The notes under the pieces are model-generated. The model did not search any database, had not been told where the DNA came from, and was given only the letters and a program-made list of their open reading frames with translations. From IMG/VR virus record IMGVR_UViG_3300025889_000073, positions 96,001 through 160,000 of that record: a stretch of 64,000 nt of DNA. One strand, 5' to 3'. The DNA comes from a virus. The translations under genes and the position numbers were made by a program. Every line of letters starts with the position of its first letter. Position 1 is the first letter of the stretch. Shown in pieces: positions 60,214-64,000 of this stretch.

Positions 60214-60251
60214 AAGAGAGAGGATATATAATTATGTCCTCTCTCTTTTTT
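60214..60251 (+). terminator. Intrinsic terminator
   Basis: AGAGAGAGGATATA-TAAT-TATGTCCTCTCTCT followed by a T run. Confidence 0.85.
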
Positions 60252-60265
60252 ACTATGGATTAATT

Positions 60266-61084
60266 ATGGAAATACAAATCAAAGTCGATGAACTGAAAAA
60301 AAGTAAAGTTTTTATTGCCACCCCTATGTACGGCGGCATGGCCAATGGCCTCTATATTAAATCGTGTTTAGACCTACAAAACACTCTCAACCGTTATGGT
60401 GTTGAAAGTAAATTCTCCTTCTTGTTCAATGAGTCACTAATCACAAGGGCTCGAAATTATCTTGTTGATGAGTTCCTTAGGACAGAAGGTTATACACATT
60501 TATTGTTTATCGATTCTGATATTCATTTTTCTCCACAAGACATTTTGGCACTACTTGCCTTAGATAAGGATGTTATTGGTGGACCTTATCCTAAAAAAGC
60601 TATCAATTGGAAAAATGTTGCTGAAGCATTAAGGAAAAATCCTGATATGGAACCAGGCGAATTAGAACAATTGGTAGGAGAATATGTTTTCAATGTGGTC
60701 AGAGGTACTAAACAATTTTCTGTTACTGAACCGTTAGAAGTTATGGAAATTGGAACAGGTTTCATGTTAGTAAAACGTGAAGTGTTTAATAAGATGGCAG
60801 AAGCCTATCCCATGATTCACTATAAACCAGACCACCAAGGTCAGGCCAATTTTGACGGGTCACGTTACATTCATGCTTACTTTGATACTGTGATTGATTC
60901 TAAAGATTCTATTACAGGCGGCGGTTCTGACCGTTATCTGAGTGAAGATTATATGTTCTGCCAGATGTGGAGAAAAATTGGTGGTAAAGTTTGGCTATGT
61001 CCTTGGATGAAAACACAACACGTTGGTACCTATGCTTTTACAGGTAATATGCCAGCGGTAGCTAATTTTACAGGTAAACTGTAA
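60266..61084 (+). CDS. GT-A fold glycosyltransferase-like protein
   Basis: FIATPMYGG, ESLITRARN, LFIDSDI (DxD), GTGFML+KR.VF and LSEDY.FC motifs. Confidence 0.75.
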   Translation: MEIQIKVDELKKSKVFIATPMYGGMANGLYIKSCLDLQNTLNRYGVESKFSFLFNESLITRARNYLVDEFLRTEGYTHLLFIDSDIHFSPQDILALLALDKDVIGGPYPKKAINWKNVAEALRKNPDMEPGELEQLVGEYVFNVVRGTKQFSVTEPLEVMEIGTGFMLVKREVFNKMAEAYPMIHYKPDHQGQANFDGSRYIHAYFDTVIDSKDSITGGGSDRYLSEDYMFCQMWRKIGGKVWLCPWMKTQHVGTYAFTGNMPAVANFTGKL

Positions 61085-61089
61085 ATAAA

Positions 61090-61177
61090 CAGAGGGTAAA
61101 ACCTCTGCAAAATCTTGGTAAAACAAGTGCATTTGGTAAAACAAATGTTAAACATAAGACAATAAAGGGGTAAAACT
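61090..61177 (+). promoter_or_regulatory. Array of GGTAAAAC elements: three hairpin loops plus one copy at the RBS
   Basis: CAGAGG-GTAAAA-CCTCTG, CTTG-GTAAAA-CAAG, CATTTG-GTAAAA-CAAATG, then AAGGGGTAAAACT-ATG. Confidence 0.7.
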
Positions 61178-62311
61178 ATGTCAATTTTAAAAATTAAACC
61201 GTATGGCGAATTTACGGAAGAACATCGCCAAATCGTGGAAAATAATTTGAGAAAAGATGTATTCCACGAATTCTATACGAATTCATCTTACAAATCATTG
61301 AAATTTAAAGGAACACACTTAGTTCCTGAATCTGTAATCAATCGTGATGGTGAAGGCAGTTCACAATCAACCAGATATAATGGATTAAATCCGAAATATT
61401 CTGAATTGAAATCTGGTATTTTAGAGACCGGTTGGCAGTTGTATCAACGTCCAATTTCTCTTAAAGAAACTAAAGATAAAAAGTATATTTTTCTGGATGG
61501 CCGAACAAAAGATAAAATTTTAACGGAAGTTAAATTTAAAAATCGGATTGTTAATATATACGAAATTGATGAATCTGAGGAAGAATATTTTAATGTAGCC
61601 TTGAACAATGGTGTGGATAACCCACCTGCTGGTTTAATGTTACAGGAAGATGTTGTCGGGATTATGTTGCGCCAAATTAAAAATGGTTACTTACAAAATG
61701 ACCCCGATGAAATTTTAAAAGCAGTTAATCTAGCCTGTGGTAATGGTAAATTTTCATCAAACAAACGTGATGAAATCCGTTGGCAAGTTTATCATCGTGA
61801 ACTGAATATTCAAAACACAAACTTACTTCCAAAGTCCTGGGCTAATGCTGGTGAAGTTAATTTGTGGTTACAAACACACAATTATATAAACAACAACAAA
61901 GTTTTGTATTTGCCATATTCTTCAACATCTGCACCGAAAGCACTTGTAGCAGCTGCAAGCAAATCGCAACAAAATCCAAATAAAGAAATTAGAGTGGTTA
62001 TTTACATACGAAATTTCTTAGGTGTTGATTTGGAAAAATTCTATATCAAATCAATGTTGAAATTTAAAAATGAATGGTATAGGTTCCTTAATGAGTTTGG
62101 CCAAGCATATTTCGATAACAAGAATCCTTTAGACACAAAGGTTAAGTTATATGGTTGTGTTCCATCCAATATTGAAGGTTTATGTGAAGATATGAATAAC
62201 ATGATTATCTTTAACAAAAACGACCAAAAGATTGATGAGAATTATATTCTTTCAAATTCTTTAGACATTGATTCGTTTGTGGAAGAAGATGATGAGGAAG
62301 AAATGGTATGA
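61178..62311 (+). CDS. Hypothetical protein with a possible ParB/Srx-like N-terminal domain
   Basis: ELK..IL..GW.....PI.+.......++DG.T+ pattern resembles the ParB-N core; the rest is unrecognised. Confidence 0.55.
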   Translation: MSILKIKPYGEFTEEHRQIVENNLRKDVFHEFYTNSSYKSLKFKGTHLVPESVINRDGEGSSQSTRYNGLNPKYSELKSGILETGWQLYQRPISLKETKDKKYIFLDGRTKDKILTEVKFKNRIVNIYEIDESEEEYFNVALNNGVDNPPAGLMLQEDVVGIMLRQIKNGYLQNDPDEILKAVNLACGNGKFSSNKRDEIRWQVYHRELNIQNTNLLPKSWANAGEVNLWLQTHNYINNNKVLYLPYSSTSAPKALVAAASKSQQNPNKEIRVVIYIRNFLGVDLEKFYIKSMLKFKNEWYRFLNEFGQAYFDNKNPLDTKVKLYGCVPSNIEGLCEDMNNMIIFNKNDQKIDENYILSNSLDIDSFVEEDDEEEMV

Positions 62312-62586
62312 TTGATTACAAATATAGTGAGGATAGAATCTTAAAAGAATTACAGTCTTATGTAGATTCTACTTACAACGAACACTACTCACAAAATAAA
62401 TTTCAGGCAACTGAGTTTATTATGGATAGTGGCCACGGCGAAGGGTTCTGTATTGGTAATATTATGAAATATGCTCAACGATACGGTAAAAAAGATGGAT
62501 ACAATAGAAAAGACTTGCTTAAAGTTTTACACTATGGTATAATGGCTCTTCACAATCATGATTTGAAAAAGGATAATAGATTATGA
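62308..62586 (+). CDS. DUF3310-like small protein
   Basis: HY, GFCIGN++KY..RYGKK.G...DL.K..HY motifs. Confidence 0.75.
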   Translation: MIDYKYSEDRILKELQSYVDSTYNEHYSQNKFQATEFIMDSGHGEGFCIGNIMKYAQRYGKKDGYNRKDLLKVLHYGIMALHNHDLKKDNRL

Positions 62587-63263
62587 AATTTTCGAGTGAA
62601 ACAATTGGTATTTTAAAAAACTTTGGTAATATTAACCAAGGCATCATGTTTAAAAAAGGTAAGACACTTAAAACTGTTTCGCCACATAAAAACATTTTGA
62701 CTCATGCTGAGATTCAGGAAGATATTCCTACTGACTTTGGTGTTTATGATTTGCCACATTTCCTCTCGACCATGTCGGCATTTAAAGATGTTCCAAGTCT
62801 GGAGTTTGAAGAAAAACAAATGTTTATTGTTGGACCACAAGGTGACAAATTCACCTATCGTTTTTGTGAACCAACAATGATTGTTCTTCCGCCTGAAAAA
62901 GAATTGGTCATGCCTGACCCAGAAGTTAAGTTTGAAATTTCTAATGATAACTTTGACAAATTCATGCGAGCTGCAAACATTCTATCGTCACCACAAATTG
63001 CAATCAAATCGGATGGCCAAAATGTGAATATTGTTTCTTTGGATATGCAAAACGACTCTGCACATACCTATTCACTTAATGTTTCTGAAGGTAATGGTGA
63101 TACCTATCAGATTGTATTTAAAACTGAAAACTTCAGTAAAATACTTTCTGGTACTTATGAATTTTCTTATTCGTCTAAGGGTGTTTCACACTTTAAAAAT
63201 AAGAATCTTAATTTGAAATACTGGGTGACGAGTGAAGCTGGTTCCAGTTTCACCAAAGGTTAA
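62583..63263 (+). CDS. gp45: Sliding clamp gp45
   Basis: S.ET+.ILKNF..IN.GI....G, FG+YDL..FL and YW+..E motifs; precedes gp44. Confidence 0.93.
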   Translation: MKFSSETIGILKNFGNINQGIMFKKGKTLKTVSPHKNILTHAEIQEDIPTDFGVYDLPHFLSTMSAFKDVPSLEFEEKQMFIVGPQGDKFTYRFCEPTMIVLPPEKELVMPDPEVKFEISNDNFDKFMRAANILSSPQIAIKSDGQNVNIVSLDMQNDSAHTYSLNVSEGNGDTYQIVFKTENFSKILSGTYEFSYSSKGVSHFKNKNLNLKYWVTSEAGSSFTKG

Positions 63264-63292
63264 TTTTATTATGTTTTTTGTGAGGAGTTCCT

Positions 63293-64000
63293 ATGGAACA
63301 TTTGTTATGGACAGAGAAGTATCGGCCTCAGACGGTGGAAGATTGTATTCTTCCTGACCGTCTGAAAAAGCCGTTTCAAGAATATGTAGACCAAAAAAAT
63401 ATACCAAACTTTTTATTGAGTGGCGGCGCCGGTGTCGGTAAGACAACCGTTGCTAAAGCAATGTGTGAAGAAATTGGTTGCGATTATATGGTCATCAATG
63501 GTTCTGATGAATCTGGCATTGATACTTTTAGGATGAAGATTAAGAACTATGCTTCTTCAATGTCTCTTGCTGGTGGCCGAAAAGTCATCATCATTGACGA
63601 AGCTGATTATCTAAACCCAAATTCAACACAACCAGCTTTGCGTAATGCGATTGAAGAATTCGCAAGCAATTGTTCGTTCATTTTCACCTGTAATTACAAG
63701 AATCGAATCATTGAACCACTCCACTCTCGGTGTGCAGTAATTGATTTTGGTTTGAGAAATGGTGAAAAACAAAAGATGGCCTCTGCGTTTTTCAAGCGTA
63801 TTCAGTCTATTTTGCAAAGTGAAAAAATCGACTTTGAAGACAAGGTTCTTGCTGAGTTGGTGAAGAAACACTTTCCAGATTTTCGGAGAGTGATTAATGA
63901 GTTACAGCGTTACAGTCAATTTGGTTCTATTGATACTGGTATCTTGGCACAAATCGCCGATATATCACTATCTGAAATTATAAAGAGCCTCAAAGAGAAA
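63293..64000 (+). CDS. gp44: Clamp loader large subunit gp44 (3'-truncated; absent from the ORF track)
   Basis: GAGGAG Shine-Dalgarno, then MEHLLWTEKYRPQTVEDCILP...GGAGVGKTT...IIIDEAD...SRC; the frame runs off the window end. Confidence 0.95.
   Translation, partial: MEHLLWTEKYRPQTVEDCILPDRLKKPFQEYVDQKNIPNFLLSGGAGVGKTTVAKAMCEEIGCDYMVINGSDESGIDTFRMKIKNYASSMSLAGGRKVIIIDEADYLNPNSTQPALRNAIEEFASNCSFIFTCNYKNRIIEPLHSRCAVIDFGLRNGEKQKMASAFFKRIQSILQSEKIDFEDKVLAELVKKHFPDFRRVINELQRYSQFGSIDTGILAQIADISLSEIIKSLKEK

Noticed and set aside
61090-61177. CRISPR-like mini-array interpretation of the GGTAAAAC repeats
   Set aside because: Repeats are only 8 nt with 10-26 nt gaps, and no cas genes are present.
1594-63871. 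Many short minus-strand and alternate-frame ORFs in the ORF track
   Set aside because: They lie within or largely overlap well-supported + strand genes and have shadow-like composition.

Overview
This is a 64-kb segment of an AT-rich, T4-like (myovirus-type) bacteriophage genome, and every credible gene is on the + strand. Order: a 5'-truncated RCC1-repeat virion protein; baseplate wedge genes (gp25, gp6, gp7-like, gp8); a split DUF4815/VrlC-like virion protein; a long cluster of fibre and glycine-rich virion proteins; two glycosyltransferase genes; neck and tail genes (gp13, gp14, gp15); terminase small and large subunits separated by a Dps gene; gp18, gp19, gp20, prohead core genes, gp21, gp22, gp23 and gp3; uvsY, uvsW, gp55, gp47 and gp46; peptide deformylase; a DruA/DUF4338-like gene; tRNA-Gly(TCC); a VWA plus MoxR/CobS-like AAA pair; small accessory genes; gp45; and a 3'-truncated gp44. 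The most striking unexplained signals are two non-coding RNA structures. One is an array of three hairpins with different stems but the same GUAAAA loop, plus a fourth copy on the ribosome-binding site, upstream of an orphan ParB-like gene (61090-61180). The other is a GC-rich H-type pseudoknot filling the 5' leader of a small HTH-like gene (59855-59900). Also notable are a Cys-initiated, membrane-anchored C-terminal domain at the split point of the VrlC-like protein, a possible virion glycosylation module, Dps inside the terminase operon, and a tRNA-Gly with two stem mismatches. All protein calls come from motif recognition and T4-like synteny, not from database searches.
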